Positions 1-12,361 of a stretch of DNA of 64,000 bases are shown in pieces. Position numbers and translations under genes: made by a program. Source of the DNA: Adineta vaga (lineage: Eukaryota; Animalia; Rotifera); assembly GCA_021613535.1 (NCBI GenBank), contig CP075496.1:14880001-14944000 (forward strand). The letters are read 5' to 3'. The notes under the pieces are model-generated. The model searched no databases, was not told the DNA's origin, and worked only from the letters and a program-made list of their open reading frames with translations. Each line of letters starts with the position of its first letter. Position 1 is the first letter of the stretch.

Positions 1-1884
1 CATTCTTTCATATCATATGGCCACGTCAATCTGCTTTATTCCGATTGAAATGTGACGCATATAGACCCACACAAAATACTTTACTTATTAGAGTTCTGTC
101 TCTACATTGTATGACTTTTTACAAATAAATTCTATAAAACTAATTTCAAATGGTTAGTAATCGTTCTGCTTGTCTAGAAAATTCAGGTTGGATATTATGT
201 CCATCTTTCGGTCCAATTTCGGAATTTAAAGAGTGTACATCAATGAAACCAAACAACTTATTGTTTTCTGAACTATGTAATAAAGGATAATCTGAGAAAA
301 TGATAGCATACAGTTTATTTAATACTTTCGGGGGATGATGTAATCTTGAAGAGTTTGGAAAAAATGTTTTTCCTAGATTAAACTCAAATGCAAAGAGATT
401 TACGAAACAAATTTTATAGGTTGAATTAATGATTCGTAATTAGTGTACTTCCATGAAAAAGATGAGCATAAATATCTGAGAAAAACCTGCTACTCGAAGA
501 CATGTTCCGAAAACATTTTATTTTTATTGCTGACTAACGTTCGTAACGTAGAGTATGGACCATTAGTGAGCAATATCATCGTTAAAGGGCTAACGAAGAT
601 TGGAATTTATACTACAAATTATACAAAATTCTTCCGATCGTTATAACAATTTTTAATATTCTGATGCAAACCGAATCACTCTTGGTTTTGTCGAAAGGAA
701 ATCCGAAGAACTTTTACGAAGTTCGCAGGATGATGTAAGAAAACTTTTGTGCATTTTCTGCTTATTATGGTACTATGGAAAGACTCTTCTAAAATACGCG
801 TGCAACAAGATAGAAGAAAATACTTCAGCTTTTATGATATTGTTAAAATATTATGATTAATATTGAAAAAGAGAAAAGTAAAAAGCTAGGAAGGTCAGAG
901 TAACTAAATGCCTGATTATGTGTAGGGCGAGATGTTAATTTTCTAGTTCTTCTCATACATGTTCATTTTTTCTAACAGTTCTTATTATTCACTTTAGTGT
1001 GGTGATTCAGCTTATGAAAGGATAGAAGTATCGACAAGTGAACAATTGTGCGTTGCATGTTGGACCATTTCATCAGCGCGAAATTTCAAAGAATATGATG
1101 TTCAATGTGAGTGTGTCCATATCAGGGTGGACTTTTACTTACCTGTATATGAATACACAGATAAAAAAGTTAGGTATTGAAACATTTTTCATACTCGATA
1201 TCATAAGAAATCCCCCTCATCGTATGACCACTTTCAAGAGCCACTTTAATAGACCTACCGCACAGAAAAGGACACATATATGGCACAAGCTGACTGAAAA
1301 CCTCGATTCTTCCTTCCTCCTTTTTCAAAGCGAAAAATAAACTTCTTAGGTACACGTTCTAATTATAAATACCTTTGCCATATTTTAACATAATTTAACA
1401 GATATAGTTGCACATATCTTCATGTAGAACTATCTTTTAATCATATGGCATTCTCCCGTAAATGACATAATATCAATCCTTCACAAAATAGCCTTCTGCA
1501 ACTTCATTCCTTGCTCCAAAGAACGTACCTCATAAAGACGGCGCATCTATACTTATTATTCTTGCTATTTCATGAATGTGAACTATATTAGCACAGGGTG
1601 CAATAAACTACAACGCTCCACCGCATCATACAAAACTTCTAGTTGACTATTTATGAATAGCATCCACGTTTTTCACAAAAACATGTGTCTTATCCTCTGA
1701 ATATTATACTAGGATATCTATAAATGTTGGCTTACCTTGTTTTAGTCGGTACTACAATGAAGTTGACTGCCGTTTGATTTGCATCTTCAAACCATGTTAG
1801 TCAGTTGTTACGTTCTTGTTCGCTAATATCCATGAAAAGCACAAATCGAAAACCAAACTGTTCTGTTCAATTGCTTAGACGCTA

Positions 1885-2165
1885 TTAGTACAAGAGCCTT
1901 AGTTCCACCAACACTAGTGCCTCGATAGTGTTCTACCCGTGGTTTGATTTATGTTAGTACAAGAGCCTTAGTTCCACCAACACTAGTGCCTCGATAGTGT
2001 TCTACCCGTGGTTTCATTTATGTTAGTGCAAGAGCCTTAGTTCCACCAACACTAGTGCCTCGATAGTGTTCTACCCGTGGTTTGATTTATGTTAGTGCAA
2101 GAGCCTTAGTTCCACCAACACTAGTGCCTCGATAGTGTTCTACCCGTGGTTTGATTTATGTTAGT
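1885..2165. repeat. Tandem minisatellite, 4 x 69 bp
   Basis: Unit ttagt(a/g)caagagccttagttccaccaacactagtgcctcgatagtgttctacccgtggttt(g/c)atttatg starts at 1885, 1954, 2023 and 2092. Units are near-identical with no spacers. Confidence 0.95.
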
Positions 2166-2885
2166 TTAAAGGCAAGTTCATTCAAGCTGCTAATATTTCG
2201 AACAGAATTGGTTTTCGAAGATGTGTAATAACCCAGTCGTTGGAAATATGAATAGATAATCCTTCTTTCTTAAGTGGCAAGTTTCGTATCACTTTTTGAG
2301 ATTTATTCTTCGTTTAAGATTGGTCAGATATTAGTTTATCTATAAAAGAAATGAATGCGATCTCAAGTTGGTACGATGCTTTATGAGTCTACTATCGACG
2401 AGATTTCAATACAAAGTACTTGAAGTAACGTGTTTTATCGGAAAATTTGACTGATAGGGAATGGTCAACAACTACTCAGGCGCTTTTTAATTGATATTAT
2501 GTGGAAACCATATGTTTTTACTGGAAAAAAAAACTAAGGAGTGTAAGTTTTAGGTCGATGAATTTGGCCCATTCGTCTCCCCGATCCTCAATTACAGACA
2601 GAATCGAATACACCCACACCTACACCCTGATAAGTTGGTGAGCTTACCTCAGAAAATGCTCATAACTATGATAGAAAGGCTTGAGACAACTCTGTGTTCA
2701 AGGTTTATTACGTCTCAATAAGATGTGTCGAATCTTTAAAACTCCAGCGCAATAACGAATGAACCGCTTTTTAAGCCGTTAACATGAACGTCCATAAACA
2801 GGTGCTAAAAAATATTAATCCATTTTCGTGCCTTTTGGGCGCTATGACGCCCATCTTACAAAAATCTGATTCTTTTTGAACTAAA

Positions 2886-3507
2886 CGAGGAATGATCCTC
2901 AACTGAGCAAAGCGCTTTACAGCCCAGACTCTGTGCATCAAGTAGACCCCCATGAGTTATGAAAAACCCAAAAGCATAGATGCCTGCTAGGTCTATCTTG
3001 GCAGAGTTATAGCCGTTTTATTGAAAATTTCGCCATATAGCTCTGTATAGGCGCAGAGCTGTGATAACACCGTTGAGACCTGAGATTTTTGCTCGAAGAT
3101 TAGGTCTACTTGTAACTAAAATACCCCGAAATTTCAGCTCAAAAGCATGTTCGCCTCATGAGTTGCGTAAGTCTCAAAAATCGTCGACAGTAAGAAATAT
3201 CCGTAAAAATGATGACTTTTTAAGACCTACACATCTCATGAGGCGAACATGCTTTTGAGCTGAAATTTTCAGGGTATTTTAGTTACAAGTAGACCTATCT
3301 TCGAGCAAAATCTCAGGTCTCAACGGTGTTATCACAGCTCTGCGCCTATACAGAGCTATATGGCGAAATTTCAATAAAATGGCTATAACTCTGCCAAGAA
3401 GACCTAGCAGCACCTATGCCTGTGGAGTTTTTCATAGCTCATGGGGGTCTACTTGATGCACAGAGTTCGAGCTGTAAAGCGATTTGTCAGTTGAGGATCA
3501 TTCCTCG
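2886..3507. mobile_element. Foldback MITE (622 bp, CGAGG...CCTCG ends, TAA target duplication)
   Basis: Near-perfect TIRs of ~290 bp. The element is absent at the homologous site in the right arm (~63190), which has a single TAA. Confidence 0.9.
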
Positions 3508-3609
3508 TAAGTAATATTTCATGATCGATTTCATACCAACTGGGAGCCTGTCGAAAGTACAATTCATTGACTTTAGATTTGTATAAAATTGGGCTTTAAA
3601 TGTTTCTTA

Positions 3610-4184
3610 GGAGAGATGGTCACTACATGTTCAACCGTTTTTCGTTAATATTTTACCCATAGGTAGCGGGCTATAACAGTAGAACAATTCTACTAGGATA
3701 TGGGTCGCTAGGACTTTCGCGCCGAGGTAAGAGCTTTCTATCGATTTTTCGCCCTTTTTCCACATTGAACACAAATCTAAATAACGAAGTTTTCGACTGA
3801 AATTTGGGCCGTATATAGGTCTAGCCATCATTAAAGTATTTTGAAAGTTTCAGCCGGAAAAAATGTTCCTATATCGAGATATTGATTTATGAGAAGATAA
3901 TCAATTATAGCCCACTATATGCAAATTATCAGATTACTTCAAAATCCAATATCTCGATAAAGGAACACTTTTTTCGGCTGAAACTTTTAAAATACTTTAA
4001 TGATGGCTAGAACTATATACGGCCCAAATTTCAGTTGAAAACTTCGTTATTTAATGATTTGCTCAATATCGACAAGGGTTAAAAGGTCGGTAAAGAGCCC
4101 ATATCCTCAAAGGATTATTCTAGGCTTGGAGTCTCTAACCTGCGGCCAAAATATCAACTGAAAAGCGACTGGACGGTGAGCTCG
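3610..4184. mobile_element. Older foldback MITE flanked by TTA, present in both arms
   Basis: Inner inverted repeats 3780-3890 / 3940-4052 and TTA at both ends. Counterpart at 62509-63091. Confidence 0.7.
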
Positions 4185-4445
4185 TTATTTCTAAAGAATC
4201 AACTTTTTTTATAAAGTGGGTGTCATAGCGCGCAAAAGCAGGAAAGGATTAATATGAATATTATGATATTCAATCAGAATGTCTTTCAACATTTGATTAA
4301 ATAATATCCTATATATGGTGTACAATACTTTAAAACTGTATAAATAAATTACTTACATTTTTTGAACAAGAAGGACGAACTGAATATTATATATCATTCT
4401 CGCATAAGCGTGATATAATTTAAACATCCGCATTACTTAACCAAC

Positions 4446-5197
4446 CTAGAATTGAGAAAAAATACCGAGTATGGTTGATTTCAACTCTTCCTCTGATGTT
4501 TTACCAATATGAAAATCACGTCCTTGTTTTGTAAAGGCCTTCTCATATTGTTCATGATGCAGCGTGATATTATATTTCTTCATACTACTATCAAGCCATG
4601 TATGAAATATAATGGTCCCTATTTTATTCTACGCGTCGATTCTTCATAAAAAACGAAGATAAAAATAGACGAAACGTGAATAAGTAATAGAAGAGGAGTG
4701 AGAGCGTTCATAGTATTCTGTTTTTTTGTCGATATATCTCACACTATACATTTATACATGACGGTGAAACATTTTATGTTCCGTACAATACTAAACTTGG
4801 TAAAGTGCGGATAACATAAAAGTGAAAAAACTTTATTCGTGCATTGCATAACCTGTAACGACGATTCTATTCTAAAAAAACAACTAAGAGTAATTGAAAA
4901 CTTTAACTAAAACATATTTCTAAGCCATATTTTAAGACTTAACTTGATATGGAGTATTACAGAGTCAGAGAAAGATATGAATTTGTATTTCTACAGAAGT
5001 TTTCGTTCCGAAAAGATTCATTTTTCCGGAATGTAAAATTATTTGTTTCGATATATTTGTATTTGATAGCAACCTAAATCAGAGATGTTTTGTATCTATT
5101 TTGACAACTACCGCAAATTCATTTGAAGTTGAAGTCCATAAGATGTTTCTTACCAAATATTTGTATTGACCATAATCCAAACTCTGACTCTACAAAT
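4446..5197 (-). pseudogene. Decayed coding sequence of unknown family inside the left arm
   Basis: Frame conserved with the right-arm copy (GTIIFHTWLDSSMKKYNITLHHEQYEKAFTKQGRDFHIGK; RVRVWI). Several stops, some shared between copies. Confidence 0.45.
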
Positions 5198-5202
5198 CTG
5201 AA

Positions 5203-5955
5203 AATACGTCTGTTCCAGAACGAATGGATCTCTGAGTATTTTTTACATTTCTCCTTTATCATTCATGTGCTCAATGAACTTTTTTATCAAAAGATAGCGC
5301 TTGAAATTCTCTAAAAACCGTATATGATTGAAACATCACACGTTATTAAACGTATTCGAAAAAAATGATATTCGAGGCGTATAAAAAGGTGTAGAAAGCA
5401 ATGAGCTAAACAGTTGCCTCTCTTGTTCTGCCATTTGCTTCATCTTATTAAACAGATAAAATATGCCAATAGATGCAGCGTGAAAAGCTCTACAGTTTAC
5501 GAAAAACACATTATTTTGAAAAGTTGTAAGAGGAAGATCAATCTATCTTATGACGAAAAGATATAATTTAGTTCGGTTTAAATTTGATCGCTCAAGATTT
5601 TGTTTATTTTAGAATAAAAAGTGCGCCGTATAATAAGTGATTGTGTGTAGTTTGTAGAACTTTTTACGGAGCATCTTGTAATATAATTTTTGTTATGGGT
5701 CGAAATAAGTGAGGAAACAGTAGACTACAAAGGGCGGCTGTTTATTATGACTAATCAACTACTCTTTCTTACTTTTTGTATGTTTCTAATTTCATCCTTT
5801 TCGAACCTGTTTAATAATGTTTTAGGATTCAACTACACAGTTTTGTAGAGAATTTCAAGCGCTATCTTTTGATAGAAAAGTTCTTTTATCACAAGAATAA
5901 TAAAGAAAGAATCTTCAACATACGCATAGGCCCGTTCTTTCTTGGACGCCTATTA
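5203..5955. mobile_element. Degenerate foldback element inserted in the left arm only
   Basis: Inverted repeats ~5250-5335 / 5828-5912 (atcaaaagatagcgcttgaaattctcta). Arm homology stops at ~5205 and resumes at ~5955. Confidence 0.7.
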
Positions 5956-6479
5956 TTTGTATTTTATATCCAAACTGTGACGACAAACTAGATAAATATC
6001 TCATCGCGGCTCATATTATACATGTTTACAAGCTACATCACATATCGAGAATGTTTCTACTTCACAGTAAACTAAACATTCATATAGGAAAGTAGAGAAG
6101 AGTACGAGATGAACAGATCAGAAGATAACAGAGAGAAGAGATGAAATCACTACCGGCGCACGAACCTCTACACTGAATTTTTAAAAATTAGAATTTTACA
6201 CCCGTACAGATCTGCTATACGCACATATAGATGAGCATCATTTATTTATTTAGTCCGACTTTTGCCGTCGACATGTACTTAAAATAAGTTAATATACGAA
6301 AATCGATATCTTTCACTAGAGTAGAAGGCCATACTTTCGAACTAAAGTAATGAAGGTGGACAAAATACATGGCGGCAGTAGTATTTTCTCAATATCGTGT
6401 TCAAAACTCATAGCTTTGAGCTAGTTGTGTTTCTAAAAGATGTTCCGTTCAGTTGATCGGAAAATCATATAAAAGTCAG

Positions 6480-8165
6480 CCCTACAGAGGCAGAAATACA
6501 ACAACGATTTCGGTAATTCCGAGAATATTTTAAATGAGCATGACATAGAAGCAACTCCACCATGGAGGCCGCTGTTCGGCGAGCTCCGTGCCGCTCACAA
6601 GTGTAGATACCGCCGTCTATAAAAAGAACAACACGAAAGAAACCAATCACGAATGTTGCCAAAGATAAGTCATGCCAGTTCGGACGACGACCGATAAAAT
6701 AAGGTCCGCGCCCTCTGTTGAGTCACCAGGACAAAGTCGAAAAATTGGCGGCTGGAAAGAATTCAAATACGACGAAAAACACGCAAAAACTGAAACTTGC
6801 CAAAAATACTCTGACAGTAGGGAAATGGAATTTGTAGACACTATGGGCTGTAGGCAAGCTGGAACGGCTCAAAAACGAAATGAAATGGTTTAGATACGAT
6901 ATAATTAGTATTTCAGAAGTTTGATGGGCAGGAGAAGCGTCCCCACATACGAGGATGGGGTGAGGTTCTCACTGAGCATTCAAGCAAAAAAGGCGTTAAT
7001 AGGTTACTATTCAGTCAGTTCACGAATGATTTCGGCACTATTCGATGCAGCACCATTCAAAATTTTAGTAATACACATATGTACCAACTTCTTCATCTTC
7101 AGAAGAAGATATCGATGCATTCTATAACTATATCGAAGAAGCAATATCAAGGACAGATAAAAAAGACACAATTATCTTGACAGAAGACTGGAACACTAAA
7201 ACTGGTAAGGGTAATATAGATTGGAAATCCTTAATGGGAAAATATGATTATGGCGATAGAAACGGACGGGAAGAACGCCCCTTAGAATTTGCTACAGTGC
7301 ACAATCTCTCCATATGTAATACAAGATTTGAACATAAATCAAATCGAAAGTCGACTTGGGCATCACCAGATGGCAGGCATGAGCTCAGATCATTCATTTA
7401 TATTCCAATCATGTAGCGCTGCTTTAGCGAAACAGCTTAAAAAGATAGACGCAACTGTACCAACAAAAGGAATAGCTAAAAAAAGCCTGGATATCAGAAG
7501 AAACACTAAAACCAGCTGACGACGAACGTAGATTGAAACAGGTAAAACGCGTTTCCTTAAAATATATACAACTATATAAAGGCCTATGTAGAAACGCCAA
7601 GTGATCAGCAAGACAGAACAAAGAATACTAGATGCAAGACTAATATAAGCAAGCTGAAAAGGTCTAAGTATTGGAAATACAAGAGAAGTATATGGTCTCA
7701 TAAAAATGCTCAGTAAAGAATTTGTACTTCAGTTAAATGTCATACGAAGTCAAGAGCGGACAATGCTACAGCCAGACGACGGAATTAAACAAAGGTGGAC
7801 ACAGTATTGTAGCAGTCTGTATAAAGATTCTGGAGGTGGGGACGGCATGGCGAGAGAAATCGAAGACATTGCACCTCCTGAAAACGATAGTCCTCAGGAT
7901 ATCTTGTGCCCAGATTTGCAAGCAGCGGTAAGTTCATTAGAAAGAAATAAGAGTCCGGGATCAGACGGCATGACAGCGTAAATACTACAAGCGGGAGGCG
8001 AACTGCTATCACGTAAAATCCATCAATTCTGTAACAAAGCACAGCAGGAGGATACAATTTCAAAAGAATAGGGCAAATCTATATTGGCCTCTATCCCAAA
8101 GAAAGGAGCAACTGCTCAAACTACCGACCAATCTCTTATATTAATCATACAGGAAAAGTATTATT
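6480..8165 (+). mobile_element. Degenerate non-LTR retrotransposon (APE endonuclease + start of RT, RTE-like)
   Basis: Frameshifted motifs DIISISEV, VSSRMISA, DWNTKTG, NLSICNTRF, TWASPDG, KSPGSDG, IPKKG, NYRPIS..INHTGKVL. The 5' boundary is approximate. Confidence 0.85.
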
Positions 8166-9108
8166 GGGCTTGTTGGCGCAACGCGATACTTTGCTGATCA
8201 AGTTTTGAAAAAACATTTTTTCGAATTTCATTTATTCGAATAGTTTTTTTATGCGGTTTTCACGCTGATTACGAATCTGCCACTCATTTGGCAAACAAGC
8301 GACTTTTTGTTCTAAGAAATTCAGTTTTAAACTTTTCCAAAACCGTATTTTGAAACTTTTGAAGTAAAAACTTTTTCAGAATTATCCGGAAAGGATACTT
8401 TTCGACGCACAATTTCATTTTCTACAAAATGGTGTGTTTACTTTTCATTTTTGTAGTTGTAGGCGATTCATAGACTCTCACACATTTTTCGACTTGCAGC
8501 TCAGTTTAGGAGCTTCCACATTGATGTATCAATCTGATTTTCTAGCAGCATGCTGGTCTCCATTGAAGGACCAACACCTTAAAATATGAGGTCATTTTGA
8601 GCATTTTAAGTGCCTCAAAATTGGTCAACAAAAAATTGTGTCACAACGTTACGAAAAATGTCACAGCATTACGTTTGGACAAGCCCTTCAATGAAACACC
8701 TTTGTAAAAAAAATTTCGAGAAATTTGCTCCAGCTGATCTGCAGAAAGCCTGATTCCAAAATGTATACTGTGCCAAAAAAAGGTGTCACATTGAACCTTT
8801 TTTCGGTAATATTTTCAGAGCCATTTTAGGTTCTAGTTCTAGGGTAAAACCTTTTGTGGCTCACTATTACCCAGTTTTTCCTTAAAAAGTAGGGGAAAAT
8901 GGCGGGAATTCATAATTAAATAGACTTTTTTCAAATGGGCTCGTTAGAATTCGCTCAAACGTTTTCTCAACGACTATTCACCAAGAGCTATCAAAAGCAG
9001 ATGCCAAAAGTTTGGGATCTCTCATTGAGCAGGGTCGGTCGTTGCTTTCGTACAGTGGATCCTAGTTTTGTATCTAGTTTGATCTTGAACGATTCATAAT
9101 TCGGATAA

Positions 9109-10674
9109 CGAGGGATACAATTTAGGTTTCACACTACGATTCAGTTCAATCGTTCATCATCTGATAGAGTATGATGAGGTAGTTAAAAGCTAAAAATATC
9201 ATCGGCCCACAACTCTTTCTCGACACTTTATCCTATGACATGGCAACCCGCAAAGAAAAACGGATATCGACATTTTGATCTGAAATTTTGTTCATAGGTA
9301 AGTCTATCTGTAACTAGAATGTCCTAGCAAATTCAGCTCAAAATAATATTCTCTTCGTAAGATATCATAGTCGCGAAATCGCTCGTATATTAAGAAAAGC
9401 CTGGAGGATGTAAGGCTTCTTTGAGAATGTAATATCTCATGGAGAGAATGTTTTCTTAAGCTGAATTTTCTAGGACATTCTAGTTACAGATAGACTTACA
9501 TATGGATCAAATTTCGGCAAAATAGTTTTGAAAATAATTAGCTGATTTGTGGCAAAATAAAAAATACGTATATTATATTAGTTATACCATCAACAGCAGT
9601 ACTGTTGGTATGGCTATCTTACTAGTCTTAGCGGTTTAGTGCTGTAAGCGGTCTAAGTCTTATGAGGGAACCACCCGAGGTGTCAAAAAGCTTTTCGGTC
9701 GAGATTATGATGGTTAGATAGGCCATAGCTAGGAGTGATATACCCTAAGTTAGTTCGTGCCCAAGTTGAGATCCAGCTGAGATATCGAATTTTTACTGAA
9801 ATTTGCCTATAGGACTACATCTTCCCCATAAAATCAAAGTTTTGGATTTTGAGGTGAGATTTTGTCCATATCAAGGCCTCAGCCAGAGTAGTCCATTCAC
9901 GAACTTTCAGGATTTTTGGACTAAGCATTCTCGAGATCTGAGTGTGTTAACATAAACATAGTTTTTTATAAGTATCGTTGTATGCATAGATATTTTGAAA
10001 ACATTATATCTCGAGAATGCTTAGTCCAAAAATCCTGAAAGTTCGTGAATGGACTACTCTGGCTGAGGCCTTGATATGGACAAAATCTCACCTCAAAATC
10101 CAAAACTTTGATTTTATGGGGAAGATGTAGTCCTATAGGCAAATTTCAGTAAAAATTCGATATCTCAGCTGGATTTCAACTTGGGCACGAACTAACTTAG
10201 GGTATATCACTCCTAGCTATGGCCTATCTAACCATCATAATCTCGACCGAAAAGCTTTTTGGCACCTCGGGTGGTTCCCTCGTTAGACCGCTAAATCAGT
10301 AAGACCGTTTAAATCGCCTAGCTCTAAAATTTCTACACTTCAGTGCTTAGACCATCGCTGAAATTACTTGATTTGATAGATAAATCAGTATTTAGCTCGA
10401 CTTCAATGCTCAACGTAAGATATGTTTTTATCGATTTCACTGAAAATATATCAGCGTTTATTTGAATTTGCAGCAAAATCAAATTCCCCATTAACTCAAT
10501 TTCAGATCAAAATGTTGACATTCGTTTTTTTGTGCGTTGACATGTCATAGGATAAATTGTCGAGAAAGAGTTGTTGGCGGATGATATTTTTAGCTTTTGA
10601 CTACCTCATTATACTCTATCAAATGATGCACGATTCAACTAAATCGGAGTGTGACACCTAAATAGTGTTCCTCG
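9109..10674. mobile_element. Outer CGAGG-ended foldback MITE with nested insertions
   Basis: TAA-CGAGGG...TCCTCG-TAA. TIR pairs 9109-9290 / 10498-10674 and 9290-9380 / 9425-9515. The right TIR is split by an ~1 kb insert. Confidence 0.8.
9663..10282. mobile_element. Young foldback MITE (620 bp, TTA target duplication)
   Basis: TTA-TGAGGGAACC...GGTTCCCTCG-TTA. Nearly perfect TIRs of ~275 bp. Confidence 0.92.
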
Positions 10675-10966
10675 TAAGCGAACCTATTCTAAAATATGCG
10701 AGAGATATTGGTGCAGTACAATCTCTAATAGTAAGAAAACATTTTTTATCATTTTAGGAACATATGGGTAGTGAGAGATATGTATCCTACGCCCACAATG
10801 ATATATAAGTGTATTGTGCGCTGCGAGTAAGTGGGCGTGTTGTTTGGGGCAAAACGAACGAACGAAAATGTGTATAAATACGTCAAGTATAGGTGTTACT
10901 CAGGGGAAAGTGGTAAGCAGGAAAATGCAAAAGTTTGACTTAAGTAGGTGTTGCATAAGGGTAGGT

Positions 10967-11072
10967 TATCATTTCCCCAACATTCGAGTCCCCAGAATGG
11001 TCCCAAGAAAAGTCCACACTAGTATGGACTTTTTGGGACCATTCTGGGGACCAGAATGTTGGGAAAATGATA
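10967..11072. repeat. ~106 bp hairpin/palindrome (mini-MITE)
   Basis: tatcatttccccaacatt...ccccagaatggtcccaa paired with ttgggaccattctgggga...aatgttgggaaaatgata. Confidence 0.85.
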
Positions 11073-11241
11073 GTCATTCAAATGATTAAACAGCTTTTTT
11101 AATATTTTGTAGATGGACCATTCCTCGCTGCTCCTAGACTCCTGAAATGATGAAAAAATGTCCATTCATGTTTTGTAAGGTACTCATTGAATATCTTTTA
11201 CATCTCTGAAGCCGTCTCTAGAATCTCGCATTTATGAAATA

Positions 11242-11735
11242 CTAGCGGAGATATCCGCTGCAAAGAGGACGCAATTTACGTTTTCCACCTACAACAGTGC
11301 TCTTATCATCACCCACCGGACCTCTCTGTAGATATTTATCCGTCGTGTATCAAATAATCCTCACAGCCTCCTTTCCCACCCTGTCTTAGCTAATGTAATC
11401 CTTCAGTTCGTCACTCAGCGCGCGTTATCTGTGTTCCACACGTCTTTCTACTCTGTACTGAGACCCCTCTTACATCCCTTTTCGCGTCATGCTCCAGGTC
11501 TTTTCCCTAGAACTTTTCGCATCTCTTCATTAGTTCTTTCGTACCGGTCTTGTCTATCTATGTATACGACATACAGCTCTGTTCCTTTTATATCCACTCC
11601 TACTGTCCCACTGCATCTTCAGCCTCATTTTTGGACCTAGAGAACCATTGTGAAAAGTTTGGTGACGTTCGCTATTACAGGGACTGAATGCATTGCGGAA
11701 AAACAGACAGACAAACTTTCTTCTTTATATATAGA
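11242..11735 (-). mobile_element. Non-autonomous Helitron
   Basis: On the minus strand it begins A|TCTATATATAAAG..TTTGTCTGTCTG and ends with a GCGGA-tatc-TCCGC hairpin overlapping CTAG|T. Inserted between A and T with no target duplication. Confidence 0.75.
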
Positions 11736-12361
11736 TACATGTGATACTGTTGATATTTTACGATAGTTTCGCTTATCTGTATTACGAGTCGTTCTAAATC
11801 AAATTAGATACAAGCCTAGGATAGTTTGATACTCAATTGATCACCTGCGTAAGCTCTAGAAACTTTGAAAGTTCGAGCAAAATTAGGGTTATAGACAGTT
11901 CTTGACCTATAATGCTTTGGATACCCTATCTATTAGAGACTTTGATTGGACAAATGTATAGCCTGTACTACTGTCTCTCGGATGACACTTTCCATACATC
12001 AAACGGCCAAACCAATCGCGTTCTAACGTCAAAATACTCGGCACCCTCATTTTTATCGAATTTTCAAGGTCGAGAATGATCTATGAAACTTGTTTTCGCT
12101 CGCTTTTTTCTCAGATATAGCCTAATGATCTAAGATTTTTAGATTTATCTATAGTTCAATAAAACCTTACATTTTAGAAAATAAAATCGAAAAAAAACTT
12201 CCCCAGCGTGATATGCATCGAATAGGGGTCTTATCTCGTAGACTATCTTTTAATATATTATTTGACACTTCGCAAATTAAATTCTATTGTTTCAGATAAT
12301 CTTGCTTTAAGGTTTATAGCACTTTACATACTTTATAAGATATTTTTAATACAATTATAAT

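Larger units (their letters stand above)
2332..6470 (+). repeat. Left arm of large inverted duplication bracketing the gene cluster
   Basis: 2332-2604 is the reverse complement of 63728-64000; 2627-2884 of ~63190-63446; 3508-5205 of ~61500-63190; 5955-6025 of ~61430-61500. Weaker similarity continues to ~6470/61000. The outer limit is unknown because the right arm leaves the window. Confidence 0.85.

Noticed and set aside
1100-1830. Possible decayed minus-strand exons with GT donors
   Set aside because: Many stops and no recognisable family; cannot be supported without a search.
1885-2165. CRISPR array
   Set aside because: Units are contiguous with no unique spacers, there are no cas genes, and the context is eukaryotic.
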